Positions 26,929 to 41,700 of a stretch of DNA of 64,000 bases are shown piece by piece (position 1 is the stretch's first letter; each line of letters begins with the position of its first letter). Origin of the DNA: the human T2T-CHM13v2.0 reference genome, Homo sapiens; the NCBI RefSeq assembly GCF_009914755.1, contig NC_060928.1, one strand, 5' to 3'. Under the pieces are notes generated by a model that ran no database searches, was not told the origin of the DNA, and was given only the letters and a program-made list of their open reading frames with translations. The translations under genes and the position numbers were made by a program.

Positions 26929-28614
26929 CTATTTTTGAAAATAATAAATGGCTGGATAAGAACATTTATTTGTAAACCTTTGGAAGGAGACTTTTTGAAT
27001 GAAAAGTCTACCACATGCATATATATGCATCTTGCATTTGTGACATCTTGGTTAAGGGGTCTTAGATAATATCAGCTATGCTTCCAGTTCCACAGTTTCT
27101 AAGAGCTCCGGTCCTGTTTTGTGCTGGATATTGATGCTTTTATCTTCTGCTATAACTGTATACGCCCCAAGTCTAACATAAGCCTTCTTGTGTACTTTTC
27201 TTATTGTCATCAGGTTAGCTCAGTTCTTTATCACTTCCAAATTGTTTAAAGTAACAAATTAACAACTGATATCTAGCTCAAAAACATTGGTGTTTTACTA
27301 CATTCTCTTTCCCTTGCCATTTGAAATTAATGATGCAATGACTTGTGCCATTTCTTATTAAATTGATTTTTTTTCATTGTCATGTTTCACATTTGTCTTG
27401 TATATGCCTCATGGATAGATGGAATTTGTTAATAAATAGCTGTTTCCTTATTGGGTGTGTGTGTGTGTGTGTACATGATGTCAACAGAATAAAGTAATTC
27501 ATTTTCAATATTCTATGATTTCACTATGGATAAACATAAATTATGATTAATTGTTCTATGGTTTCTTCAGTGCATGATAAAAGCATTACCATTTCTAAAC
27601 ATTTCTCATATCACTTTATAGAGTACTTTTTGGAGATATGCATTAATAGTTGGATCAAAATTATTTAAACCACTTCAGTAATGCCTTTTCCAAACTGTGC
27701 ATTGTACATGTTCCTAAATTTTGCACAGGATACAAAAATGAATGAAAACATTTTCTGTGAGGATGGGCTTTCCCTGACATCAGTCTATTCCCAGAATCCG
27801 AATCTTTAGTCATTCATAAGCTTGCATTTTTAAATATTATTTTAGTTATATCTATCCTAAAAGGCTTTGTATGCTCATCAGGACAGGTATTTTAAATGTG
27901 GAAGATTATTCTCCTATTAAAAAGTAAACAGAGTCTTTGAATCTAGAAAGGGATCTTATTAAAACTGTTGTTTTCCTATGAGTATATTCTGGAAAGAAAG
28001 ACTCTACCGAACTGTCAAGAGCAATTCTCTTCCTTCACTATTTGGTTATTATATATGGTTAGAAGATTCTTTCTTGGTAAAATAGTCTCAAGATTTTAAC
28101 CGTCCCCAATGTTGTGCAATTAGCAAAAGTGGGACAATTTTTTGACAAAATGATGTTTATTACATGTGTAAACATTTAGCATTATTCTGTAATCAGGCAA
28201 TTGTATAGATACATAAGAGCATGTATCATTCTGAGTTAGAGCAAGGATTATTTTGTAGTGATCATTGGTTAGCATCCACATATTCCATTAGAACATCCTT
28301 TCAGATATTCTTGGATAGAGAACAGAACCACATTTTTATATCTACAAAGCCTTTATGTAGTTTCAGTCTATTTCCATATGATATCTGAGGCATAGATATT
28401 CCATGTTTCTCAGAGTAAGTGGTATCTCTGTAAACACAGAATATGAAGCTCAAAGGCTCCTAGGAACCAACAGCTTTTAAAATGATGCATGGCACAATAG
28501 GTATTAAGGAGTCATATCTGAAATCCACCAAAAAAATTTTATTATCAAAAACGTTTAAAAGGTTGCATAATAACTAAGTAAACAATACCCAGGGCTAAAT
28601 GGAATACAGTTTTA

Positions 28615-28982
<368 letters not shown>

Positions 28983-29124
28983 CTAGTCACTCTCCTAAAA
29001 GAGGGCATTATAAAACTATTCTATTAAGTCTTCAAGAAGCACAGACTCCCGACTCTACAAATTCCATGAATTCAGATGTCTTTCAAAAATATTCTTATTT
29101 AACTTTCTTCCACCTGATACCTAT

Positions 29125-29470
29125 GCTGGGTAATGCATCACCATCAGCTTAGTAGCTGAAGCCAGCCAGAAATCATAGTGGACAAGAGAGACATAGCCCA
29201 GCACTCATAAAATTCTAAAGCTACTTCATTCTCCACATGAATGAAATCTTTCTGAGACTAACCTTCAATTAATGACGGAGTGTGTCAGCTGCTCTAAACT
29301 CAAGTGCAGCAGCTTAGAGGTGTGTCTTGCATCCTTGTGCATCACTCACATTTCTATCCCACACACTGCTGCTAATCAATTTCTAAAATAAAATTTTAAA
29401 TCTAATTATTTCACTTCCTTTATTTGTCTCTCATTGACTCCCGTTGGCCTTAGGATAAAGCGTGATTGCC
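29125..29470 (+). mobile_element. L2 fragments
   Basis: taatgcatcaccatcagcttagtagctgaagccag and cacactgctgcta...aaatctaattatttcacttcc...gccttaggataaag. Confidence 0.45.
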
Positions 29471-30581
29471 ATGGCTAAACGCTCATATTTTTGAAATCTA
29501 GACTTTTCTAGCTATCTAATTTGTTTAAATTATTGCTATCATTTTGAACAGTTTGACCTTTTTTAGCCTTCAGCTGTTTCCAATAGGAGACCACTAGAAA
29601 TAACCATATAAAGCAATCAGTTAAACACTTTCCTCAAAACAGAAGCATTTGTTAGAAAACATCACATACATTGACTTAACACTGTCTTTTTAGTTTACGT
29701 ATAAGACACAATATGATTTGAAGAAACAAAAAGAAATGCAGACAAAGACAATTAGTATTAGCTCCTTGCACTTCAGCTATTTAACTATTATTTTTTACAT
29801 TTTTGTTGCAGAGCCAAAAAGTTACTGTGCTATATTCATTATGGTATCCAAAATTATCTGAAACCAATTACATCTGCTATTGAGAAAATTTTTCATAATT
29901 GCTTTGCCTATATTACCAAGATTTTTCTTCCCCATAAAACTCTATTATGTTGATGTGAACATATATTTGTGTCTGTGGAACTTGGTCTTTTTGTTTATTC
30001 TTTGGAGAGAGAGCCATTAGAAATTTATAAATTTAATGGATTCTCCTTTTTATAAATTCCTAGATAGGAAATTACTAAATTACTAAAAAATTTTCAGGAA
30101 AATTTTTTAGTAATACACTTTTACATGTATAAAGGAGGGAATTTTATTCCTATGTATTTAGATAACCAGGTCATTAGTATTAGAATTAGCTTACATTATA
30201 TAGACACAGAAACATTTAGTGTGTTTCTTATTTTACATGTCACATGAGAAAAATAATATTGTTTTGATAATATTAATTACAAAAAACTTCTGCATGTATC
30301 TAGGCTTTGTTTTATCTCATTTATATTCACAAATCTGTAAAAGAGAGTTGGGCAAGGTTACCAGGATAACAAGTACCAGAATCAAGTCTAATTCTGCTGA
30401 TATAATTGCTGGCACACATAAACACTGTACTAAAATGGCTCTGTTGTAAAAGATTTGCCAAATGTGTATTTTATCTTTACATTTGTAGTATGTTTATGCA
30501 TTTCATTTTTTCATTGTATCAGTAATATTTCTAATTTTACTAAAAAAGGGGCTATGTACACAGTAGCCATTTAGTACATTT

Positions 30582-30624
30582 TTAGTTTGGTGCAAAAGTC
30601 ATTGTGGTTTTTGCCATTTTTAAT
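30582..30624. mobile_element. MADE1 half element
   Basis: ttagtttggtgcaaaagtcattgtggtttttgccatt matches the MADE1 TIR. Confidence 0.85.
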
Positions 30625-33600
30625 AAAATACAAAGAAAATTATTGCTTAAAAAATAATTTCACTTTACATTTTCCTCCATTGTTAGATAAAAATTATGCA
30701 GTGAATTTCTATTACATTTTATATTATTGGGATGAAGCACAATTAAAATTCCAGAATAGAGAAAAATTAATAAAAATATTATCAAACTTTGTTCAAATAT
30801 ACAGAAAGTGAAAAGTATTTAAAAATCACTTTTGTAGTAGTAGAGAAATGAAAGCATTCATGTGGAATCTATTATAATGTGTTTCCAGTCAAGCAAAACC
30901 AGAATTCTCCTCACGAGAGAGTGTCTAGATCAAAGAAACTGCTTCTTTCTTCAGTTTCTTAACCATAAAATTATCTGGAATACATTTCAAGCTCCCTGTG
31001 TTCATATAACCTTCCCAGTAGGTTTATTTTACCTCTGAGCATCTGGTTATTGGTCACTGAGAAGAAACTATTTCCTAGAATCTAGGGCTAGTCGCTATGG
31101 GGGAATACTCAACATACACAATAGCAACATAGATTCCCTGTTATACAATGAAGAAATAAGGTAGAGGATCTCTTGTATAAACAGGTAGAATGAAATAATT
31201 TTAGGTGGCTAAGAGGATCACAGGCAGAGATGCTGATAATTTTAGGTTGCCATAGAGACAATTAGCAGGATTGACACAATTATACTGTTCAGGCATAAGA
31301 GTAGAATGTTGGAAGTTATACAGAAATTAAGGGAACTAACAGAAATGTAGGCAAGATTGAATGAGATCCGGGTACATAAGCATCATGGAGGCTGAATGAA
31401 TAATCACAGCAGCTTAATGTACCATTTAAAGGGGATATTGATTGTTTAGAATTATAAAAATATAATGTAATATAAATAAAACATTACAAAATATATGACC
31501 ATATTTAGAGTTAGTTCTAAATTAAAATTCAAAGTAATTGTGTAGGGTGGTCATTTTCTGATCTGAGAACCTCCTGATAGGTGAGTTGTGGAGAGGAAGG
31601 AACATCAGAACATATTCCTATGCTTCTCTAGTGAGATCGGAAAGATTTTAGATAGTATTCAACTCCATGACATTGGCAACTATACCCAGACATGCAAACT
31701 TTTGATGCAACTATGAGCCATCTTTATGGCTAAATAAGTTATAGAGGCTTTAAAGTAAATATGTATGAACTGAATTTGTATTTCCTCAAGACAGAAAAAA
31801 ACTACTATTCCTTTAGCAAAAATTATTCTGCACTGATTATTATTTTCAAATAAGTAAAGCTTACCATGTAAGCACCATGTCCTTTAAATTAATGTTGAAT
31901 ATTTTGAAAATGATCCTTTACAAAATGAATTGCAAATTTTTATTTATTTTAAAAAACTGATATTTATCCTAATTTCAGAATGACTGACACACAATTTCAA
32001 TATATGTACACACTCTCCTTTACCTTGTATTCCTTCTTTGTGGATGTCAGAAATCAGTTTCTAACCCTCCTTCTAGTTATACCCTACCTTTGAAGATTTC
32101 AGTTTACTGGAATCTGAAAACAAAACAAAACAAAACAGACAGCCATACTTCTTAGATCTTGTATAAATGAGCAGTAAAGAAGGTCTGAGTGAAGATTTAG
32201 CAGAACTTGCCTTTTGCCAACAGAACTTCATGTATCTGACTACAAGTAAAAGTTGGAAAATCATCACTAAAACTGTAACAGAAATTCAAGGACTAAATTG
32301 AAAGAGAAGTTGAAGTTTATTTATGGTATTCTTTCCAGAGAGATTTTATAGAGCCTTTTTTCAGTCTTTCCCAACCATGTTTATTTATGTTAAATTAAAT
32401 TATTGGAGTTTTTTTTTAGAATTCTTATAGAATATATGACTAAAATGAAGGATAATAATATAATTTGACATTTAAACAGTTTTATTGTGAAAATGAAAAT
32501 GAATGTTGTTAATACTTATGCTAAAACAGTAGGCATGAAATGACACTGTGGCTAACCAGAAGGGACATATATTCACACCACCTAAATATGAGACATGTTT
32601 GTTAAAAGATCCTCCAGATATCTTTTTCCAGTGAAATTAAAAAAAAATTACTTAATTTATACACTTTCAAATATTGTCTTTTTTTCACATTCAGCTGCTA
32701 AGTTATTTGTTTCTAGTTCCCTAAAATTGGCACAGAGGGAAACAAATAGTTAAAATCACATTTATCCCCTATTTTTTACCTTATATTTATATAAGAAAGT
32801 CATAAATCTTTCTTTAGTCCTTAGTTCAAAGATTACTTTTAGTCTTCTTTTACAAATAAAAGCAATAGTTTGGAGAGTGGGAAATGAGATAGGATAACTT
32901 TCCTCTGGTTAAAAAAAAATCTTTGAGACTTTGTTGTTCACTTTAATGCTTCAAAATACTTCCAAGGCGTCTTTGAAGGTTTAAAAAAGGATTTGTGAAT
33001 TTTTTATGGAATGCCACTTAGTAGGTGTCAAAACATATTTAGCAGGTGGTATCTAATTTTCATTTTAATGAAGCTAATCTTTTCAGACTAGGATAACATA
33101 AGGTTTTACCATCTGTGTGTATCCTATTTAGTTTATCCAGGTTGGAGAAATCTGAAAGAAGGTCTGTGAAACAAGAAGCTAGATGTTGTTCAACACCAGC
33201 CTTAACTACCTGAAAGCATTACTATTTTAAAAATTAAAAAAATAGAGAATACAAATTTTAGTATATTAGCCTATAATTTTATCTAAATTATATCTTTGTA
33301 TTCAGATTGAATGATCTTTTACAGCATTACTTAGAAAGGCTTTACATGTAAGACATCTTAAAATCTAGCTAAGAATTTTCTGAGGAGACACGGTACAAAT
33401 GTGTTTCAAGAGCCAGAGAATTAAAAATATGTTGCACTTCTTCACCTTTTTCTCTCTTGCAGATCATCACTAATTATTTCCCTGCACAATCTTTTTTTCC
33501 AGCTTTGCTTCCAGCACATATTTGAATTTTCCTATTGACTTCTTTTCCACTGCTTGCAAGAACCTTTTCCTTTATGGTCATATATAAATTTAGTACATAT

Positions 33601-34879
33601 TTAAAAATTTTACGTAAAAGGATCGTGCCATATGTTTGTCTTTTTTATTTTTGGAAATAAAAAATTATCATTGCTTTTCAAAAGTGACTTCTTAAATCTT
33701 AGCTGCATAAGTAATAAATACAGCTGTAAACATTCACTATGTACTAAAATTTAAAAAGCATTCAGAATATCATGAGCTCAGTGATAATCAAAAACAAAAC
33801 TAAAAAAGAAAAATACTTCATTGCTCAAAATAAAATGAGATATATAGAAGAAGATAAGGAAGACAAGAAGGGAGAAGTAGAAAAGAGGTTATAGGTAAAA
33901 AATGGAGAGAGGAGGAGGAAGTCATCCCACCTTTGCATAAATGTTGTAGTTGTTGTTGCTTTAAGTATTATTATAAGGTAGCACAAGGGGAATAATGTGA
34001 TTGGAATTCAAGAGTTAGCATTAGTAAATTGGTCCCAAGTCAGTTCACAATTGGATTGCAAAATATAGTGAATTTCAGGAACTTATTTAGAAGAAATCTA
34101 AAATTTATTAGAAATGATGAAGAACTTTGTGCAGTAAGAGCATATATGTGCCAAGTATGTTCCAGTAAAGGGCAATTAAGGGTATATCTGTCAATTAAAG
34201 GCATTTATATTTAAATAACAAAGCTAAAAACTGATTATGCAAAAGATAAATTTGTTGAATACACGAAAAGGATAAGGTTTTTAATTTTAAAATATCATTT
34301 GCTTTTAAAAATAATTCCTTGATTATTTTTAAAGTTTTACTCAATTGGATTCAATTGATTTAAAAAATTAACTTTCTTAATGAATGGACTAGGAATAAAT
34401 AAATAAAACATGACAAAAATTAAAAGCTGCTTGAATTGTGAGTCTATCAGGTGCAAACTTAAAACATCTGTGAGACTATTGTATAAATTTACAGGGAAGC
34501 ATAATCCCATCGACATTCAGTTCTATAAATGCACAAACACATATTCCTTCAGAATGTCCTCCAAAATATATATTAATATATTATTTACCATGCATACATA
34601 ATCATTCATATATAGTGTAGGTAGTATGAATCATGGAAATTTGAATTTATGAGTATGCCAAATCATGTAGGAAATGAGACAAGAACTTATTTAGGTAAAA
34701 AAAAAAAAACAAGTTAGAAGAACTGTGACCATAATATTGTCCAATTTTGTGACCTGAATAAAAAGAAAATTAGATTTCTTAAAATCAAATCTAGGGACAA
34801 TCTTAATATAAGTATTTAATAGTTGTCTTACTTTTATACAGATGCATAGTTTGAGGAAATAAGATACATTGTAGATATG

Positions 34880-36500
34880 TATACTACCTGTTTTCTTTAC
34901 ATTTTCCCTTTTTTCTTATTTTTATTTGATGAAGTTATTGATTACATTTCAGAGCTTTATATTTATCATTTGTTCCTTTCCTTATATTAATAATCAAACA
35001 TGTATCTCCTGTAATATTTGAAAGAAAGAGAGAAAGTATATCCTGCCCTACCAAAACTTTGATTCTTCAGCAGTTTATATTTGATCTTTGGCAAGATTTC
35101 TTTAGAATGTTGTTATTTCCTTATTCTGCTGCCCATTCCTCTCCATAGATTTATCCAAGTTCTTTTAGGTTGTTTTCTCTATTTGTTCCTAAGATTTATT
35201 CAAACAATTTAATACTTTCCTTCAAGATAATTAATAGCTTTTACTTTATAGACTGGCTCTTCTATATTTAGAATTATTATTCAGCAGAAATAAAATTCCA
35301 AATGGAAGAAGCTCATATTGAGCATTTTAAATAAATAGTGTAGGTAGGTGATACAATCTATGAATGTTTTGTTTATTTATTTATTTATTATTTTGAGACA
35401 GAGTCTTGCTCTATAGCCCAAGCTGGAGTGCAATGGCGTGATCTTGGCTCACTGCAACCTCTCTGCCTTCTGGGTTCATGCGATTCTCCTGCCTCAGCCT
35501 CCCAAGTAGCTGGAATTACAGGGACGCACCACCATGCCCAGTTAACTTTTGTATATTTAGTAGACACAGGGTTTCACCATGTTGGCCAGGTTGGTCTTGA
35601 ACTCCTGATCTCAGGTGATTCACACACCTCAGCCTCCCAAAGTGCTGGGATTACAGGCGTGCGCCATTGCGCCTGGCCTATGAATGTTTTTATACATCCA
35701 AATTTCTTTCTTATTCCTGACAAATAATTGATATTTTAAATTCAGGATTATAGGATTTCAGTCCTGTTCTTTCATTAATATTTTTCCCATGCAACTTATT
35801 ATTGTGGTTGAAAAGTTGACAACAATTCGTTCTCTGTCATTTTTTGGTCTAATTCATCGGTCTTGAAGTGTGCAAGGTTTTTTCTTTGTAAGTCTCAGGC
35901 ATTTTACTAGGATTTGCTTACCTGTGTTTCTTTTTTTTTAAATCTTTTATCCAGTAACTTAGTGACCCCTACCTAGCTGTAGTTGCCAATATCAGCATTG
36001 TTTTCACACTTTAAAAAATTTTTTCTTTCATAATTTCTATTTTTGTGCTTCGTTTTGAGATATTTCCTCCACTTGATCTCCCAGCGCAATCATTAAGATG
36101 TCATTAGTGATTCTTCTGTTCTCAGTCTATCTACAAAAGTTAAATTCTTTTAAAAAAAAACATATTTTTATTCACATTCCTTTGAGAACTAAATTTTTAA
36201 AATATCTTCTGTTTAGGTGGACTTAAGTGAAATTTCTCTGAATTCCCTTGTTGTTTATTCAGGCTGGCATCTGAGTTCTCTAGCAAGTCTGTTTCATTTA
36301 AAATAAATACAAATACTTGTGTTTTTACTTATTATTCCTGTCTTTTGCTGCCATTATTTTGCCTCACCATACACCAGTCTGATTGTTGGAATGCTTTATG
36401 TTGCTAAGCCCTGAAATTGGTGGGCTGTCTCTGGCTTTAAAAGAATACCAGGTGGTATGAAATCTTTGTCCGCCAGAAGCCAGGAGTAATCCTGCCTGAT
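34880..36500 (-). mobile_element. Very old L1-like fragments around the Alu
   Basis: T-rich antisense L1/HAL1-like text (aggcattttactaggatttg, atatttcctccacttgatctcc). Heavily diverged. Confidence 0.35.
35371..35678 (-). mobile_element. AluS (AluSx/Sz-like)
   Basis: Full antisense dimer with a (TTTA)n tail and perfect TSD tatgaatgtttt (35359-35370 / 35679-35690). Confidence 0.95.
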
Positions 36501-37082
36501 ACCTGATTTTCTCAGTTACAAAGCTAGGGCATTTCTAGCCTTAGGAATATGGGTGAAACAATGGTCTAGAAGCTCTTCCGGGGCCATAAAAACCACTAGG
36601 TCTTTTGGGTGATGGTTTCTTAAGTGAGTATTGCATTTAATTAATCAGAGTCTCCCAGTACTATTCAGGTTACCAGAGCTCCCTTTATTTTCTAAGATTC
36701 ATTCATGTTCTGTTCTTTGTTGCTTATCTTTACAGCTCTGGTTCTCATTCTTTCATTAGGGCCCAGAGTTACGTGCTATTTTTCTGAATACCAATAGAAA
36801 CCTTAGGCTTATTTCAGATGCTCTGCCAACCCCTGAAGATTCTTCTCTCAGGAGGGGTGTTGGTTAATTGAATTTGATTAGGAGGGAAGGACAACAGGAA
36901 TGCATTCGGGAATTCTCAATGATTTGTTTTCAGAAGTATACTTTAATTGACAGTAATTACTGTCAGTTGCAGTAATTGATTGATACAGGAGTAGCCAACT
37001 ATTGTGTGGCAAGGAATAAAGTGAGTGCTGGCCAGAGCATCTGTGAGGGGGCAGGTTATGCCAGTGGGCTCATTTTACCAGC

Positions 37083-37200
37083 AATTCAATTCCACATTCG
37101 TTGAACACTTAAAGTATGTTCTAGGCACTGTATCAAGCTGGTCCATGAAATGATATTGTGAATAAGGCAAGGATAGTGCTTTCAATGTGCCCACAAAACA
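37083..37200 (-). mobile_element. L2 3' end
   Basis: attcaattccacattcgttgaacactta...tctaggcactgt...gtgaataaggca. Confidence 0.55.
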
Positions 37201-38465
37201 GGGTTGGCACAGGAGGAATGAAGGGAATGGAGAGCATGTCAACTAATGGGGGGTTTCAGCTGTGTAGTCTTCTCCAAGAGAAATGCTTACAAGGTAAAGC
37301 ACAATGCCACAGCACCATCTCATTCTGCCTTCTTCCTCTAACGATCAAGGCCTGTAAGCTCTTTAGTAACCTCTCTGATGCAGGTATCACTTCAAGCATC
37401 AGTGAACAAATCATGCCAGCAGCCTCCAGCCTTACCCTGTATGACCTGGTTGCTTAGCACTGCCAACAAGTTCCTACTAGGTCGGAGTGTACTAATTAGT
37501 CACAATGGAACTGTTATGGATCTATACTGTCAGTAGTGTTTAAAGTTTCTTCTTCCTGCACTTTTAAAATTATATTCCAACCAAGAAATGATTGTTTACA
37601 TATATTTGAGATTGTGACGAATATGACAATAAAGACAAAATCATCAGATGACATATGAAACAGTTTGATGATTTTGTTTCTGGATATAGGCATAGAATAT
37701 TTTCATGAATTAAATTTTTAAACTTACTTTCCTTCTTGAATCATGGTAATGTAATATTTTCTCTCCTTTATATGACTTCTAAGCAGAGTAGCTTAACTAA
37801 TATATGTATCTGTTTATTAAAAAATTCCTTTGGAAATTGTTGTCAAATTATGAATTAATTAGTATTCCTTTTAAAAAAATAAAAGACTAAAAACCAAATT
37901 ATGATAGTTACCACAAAGTGAGCAAGTATTTTAATTTTTTTAACATATATTTCTATTGCAGTTTTCAAAAATTTCTTTTCTATTTTATAAGTTCAATTAA
38001 TGTTAGAAAGAAAAACATCATCTGCTTACATAAAAATTACATGTTAACTAAAAGCTGTATTAAAAGGTGTAATTCATTAAAGGTAATATCAATTATTCTA
38101 CAATTATTAGGGGCTAAATGCAAATTTTCTTGAGAACTGCAGATGATTTCAACTCTCGGTAATGTTGTTGCCACATAAAATATAAAATGAGTAAAGATTT
38201 TAAGAGTTTATTTTGATGTTTCAAGGTAGTTTGATTAAATATAACATAAATACATGCAACTACATGATACATTAGAAAGAAATGTTCTGAGTAAGAAGTC
38301 TGGTCTGGAACATCGAGGGTATAGTTTTTATGTAAGTGTTTTTAAAGTAGAATTAAATTTTGATACAAAGATATGTTGTTATCCACCCAGAGTTCTTGGA
38401 AATATATTACAGCAGAAATAATAGTATAATTTTGCAAATAAAAGCAATGAACTAATGCCATGTGA

Positions 38466-38758
<293 letters not shown>

Positions 38759-41700
38759 CCATATGATTTTCAAAAGCAAAGATAAAAAATTAAGGTTTCT
38801 TATTACAGGTGGTTTTAAAATGAGTTCCTTGAAATGTGGATACCTTGATCACAGTTTTATGTAAACGCTTTCTTTCTAGAAATCCAGAAAGCCTGTACTA
38901 ATTATGTACATGCTATATAGTATGTAACAACATGACAATAAAAAGATAGTATCTTCCATTCTCATTATAGTTAGCAAACCCTAAATTTTAAAAACAATAT
39001 TTCTGCTTGAATTTCAGAGATTGTAATATTAAATAAGTTTAGTTTCTCCTTTCTGTTTTCTGATTCTTATGTAAAATTAGTTTACTAAGCTCATTTTAGA
39101 ATTAAGTTATCAAGACACAGCATATTGGCATTGAAAATTACCCCACCTCAAAGAGAGATACAATGAAATCATCCAATCCAATTTAGTTTACACTATGGTT
39201 CTATCCAAATCCCTTGGTGTCATTTCCGTTTTTTATGAGGTTTCCTAAAAAGATGTCCCAATATTATTTGAAGTATGTGATTATTGTGATAATTTGATAA
39301 TGTATCACTAAATTGTTTCCATGATCCTTATAGCTGTGCTTCTCAATCCAATGCATCATTCAGTTGTTTGATTAAATGCCAATGCTGTCTGAAATGCTGT
39401 CTGATACTGAGTCCCAGAACAGCATGATTTCCTTCCCACTGAACATACATAACACTGTATAATTTTACTTTTCTTATAACGCTTATAGTTACAACTTAAT
39501 GCCAGGAATTATTTTTCCTACTTTATAAAGGTAGAGTAAACCTGAAGGAAAGTTTTTCTACTTAATAAAGTGCCCAGGGATCTCTAACAGATCTATTATA
39601 GAATAATCATGAATATTTATTGAGCTTAATGAGGTAGAGGTATATAGTTAATGAAGAACTGGAGGAGCTCAAGAAGAGTAAACCTCTCTCCCCAATCTCA
39701 AAATAATAACAGTTAGATTGAAAATATAAGAAATAAAAGTATGAAAATAGCAATAAAAATTTATATATCATTTCAAGACCAAAAATGTGTAGTACATTAT
39801 TAATTGTCAACTACGTAAAGCAGACCATAATTGATGGATGACTTCATAGAAAAGAAAAATCACATTAGGGTGCTGATGTTGAGAAAGGATTTTTGTAGAA
39901 ATTGGAAAAGTAATTTTGATGAATGAGTAAAATTTCCATACCCAGAAGAGAGGAGAAAAGGGTTTTCTTTGTGTATGGAATAATGTAAGCAAAGTCATAG
40001 AGGTGTGATTCTAAGAGAAATCACATGAGATGAGATTCTAAGAGAAAAGACATGAGAATGGGAGAAAAACCCAAATTCCTAGAGGCCTCTGTGTGGTAGG
40101 GAATATTACATGTCAGGACTGTGTGCTACCTAAGCAAGTTGGAAAATAGGATTCAGGGTGGTGGTGATAAGGAGACAGCTGTAGAAAAAATGATCAAATC
40201 TACAGACTCTTTGCAGGAATATGTTGAGATTGACTCCAGAAGAGAATGGACCAATTGTATTTGGAGTTCCTGTACCTAATAAACAACATAATTTTCTCAT
40301 GCCGAAGGAAGTTAATAGGAAATCTTTTTCTTTCATATGTTTTGGTGCAGTTGTTGAGATAATTTTTATCACTAATAAGGTTCAGCCTCTTCAACTAGAA
40401 AAGCACAACTCTTCCTGATATGCTTAGGGATAGATCATGAATATTTGGCAGGCAGTTTGATAAAACTCTTATAAAAAAACAGATAGGTTCCTAAAATAAT
40501 CACACTGGCTGGCATCCAAGATTTCATTAAAATCGTACCTTTTCTATCTTGCTTTTAAACTGAAATTTATTTTGTTATCAAAGAGAAAACATTTCATTTT
40601 GGGATATCAAAACTTTAGGTGCATCTACATGAGCCAATAATATTCAGAATTTTTTTCCAATATAAATATTTATACTAGAAAATAAAATTGTACTTGTTTT
40701 GTACCAGAATACAAGTCAAACTAATAATAATGGGTCCAAATATTGCAAGAAACATTTTATTAATTAAACCGTCGAATCATTTAAAAGAGAAAATGTAACT
40801 TAAGATGGTGCGAAGATGGCATCAAGTAGTAGAGTTAATCTACAAAACTTGAGAGCTTTTACACTACATAAACCATAGTGGCTTTTTGAATAGCCTCATA
40901 AAACGCAGTGTCATTGCCATTCTGCTCACAACATGTGGATTCTCTCTTCTGCAAATAGAATAGGACTCTTGGAGCAATCATAATGTAAGCCCACTGAATT
41001 TTCTCATTTATTTTCTGTACTTATAAAGAATGCTGTCCATAACTTTTTATTTTTAATGGCCTGGATTAAATGGCAACTTTCTACTGCTGACAAAAAGGCA
41101 AAATCCTATGAAGAAGTCAGAGTCATATCAAGTGCTCCTAAATTATAATATAGATCTTTTCCCTATTTTTCTTCTTTCTTCCTTCTTCCTTTCTTTTTGC
41201 AAGTTAACATATATAAAACACCTGTTCTTATTCTTAAGCATGCACAGCATAGTGATAAAATTTTGCACAGTCAATGGTCATGATGCCCACGGGTTAGTGT
41301 TGTAATAGATAAGTGAATTTAATGCCACATGTGCCCTTTGTTAGAGTCTGGAAAACAGTATGTTAGGGGAGTGGAGGAGAGGGAGTTGTGAGGTGACAAG
41401 GAAAGCTTACAAGAAAGACATTGCTTTAATCTGTTATTGCAGATGTTAATCAGAGAAGACAGTAGGGATAAAGTGGAAGACCCAGAGGACAGGACTACTT
41501 GGCAGGCATTCTAAATTTTTGTTGAATATATCTTTTAGTGCAATGTATATCTTTAATCCTCAGCAGAGCTTTATATTGATATACACTTCTAAATAAGTAT
41601 TGTTCACAAAAGAAGAGTGTCAATAAGTTATATATTCTACCACCATTTCCTGAAATCTCTTTTTATATTTGAGATCAAGAATTATAGAAGCTGGCATTTA

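Noticed and set aside
33835-33920. Purine-rich tract (also 61875-61972) that could encode a Lys/Glu-rich peptide
   Set aside because: Low-complexity GA repeat with stops and no splice sites.
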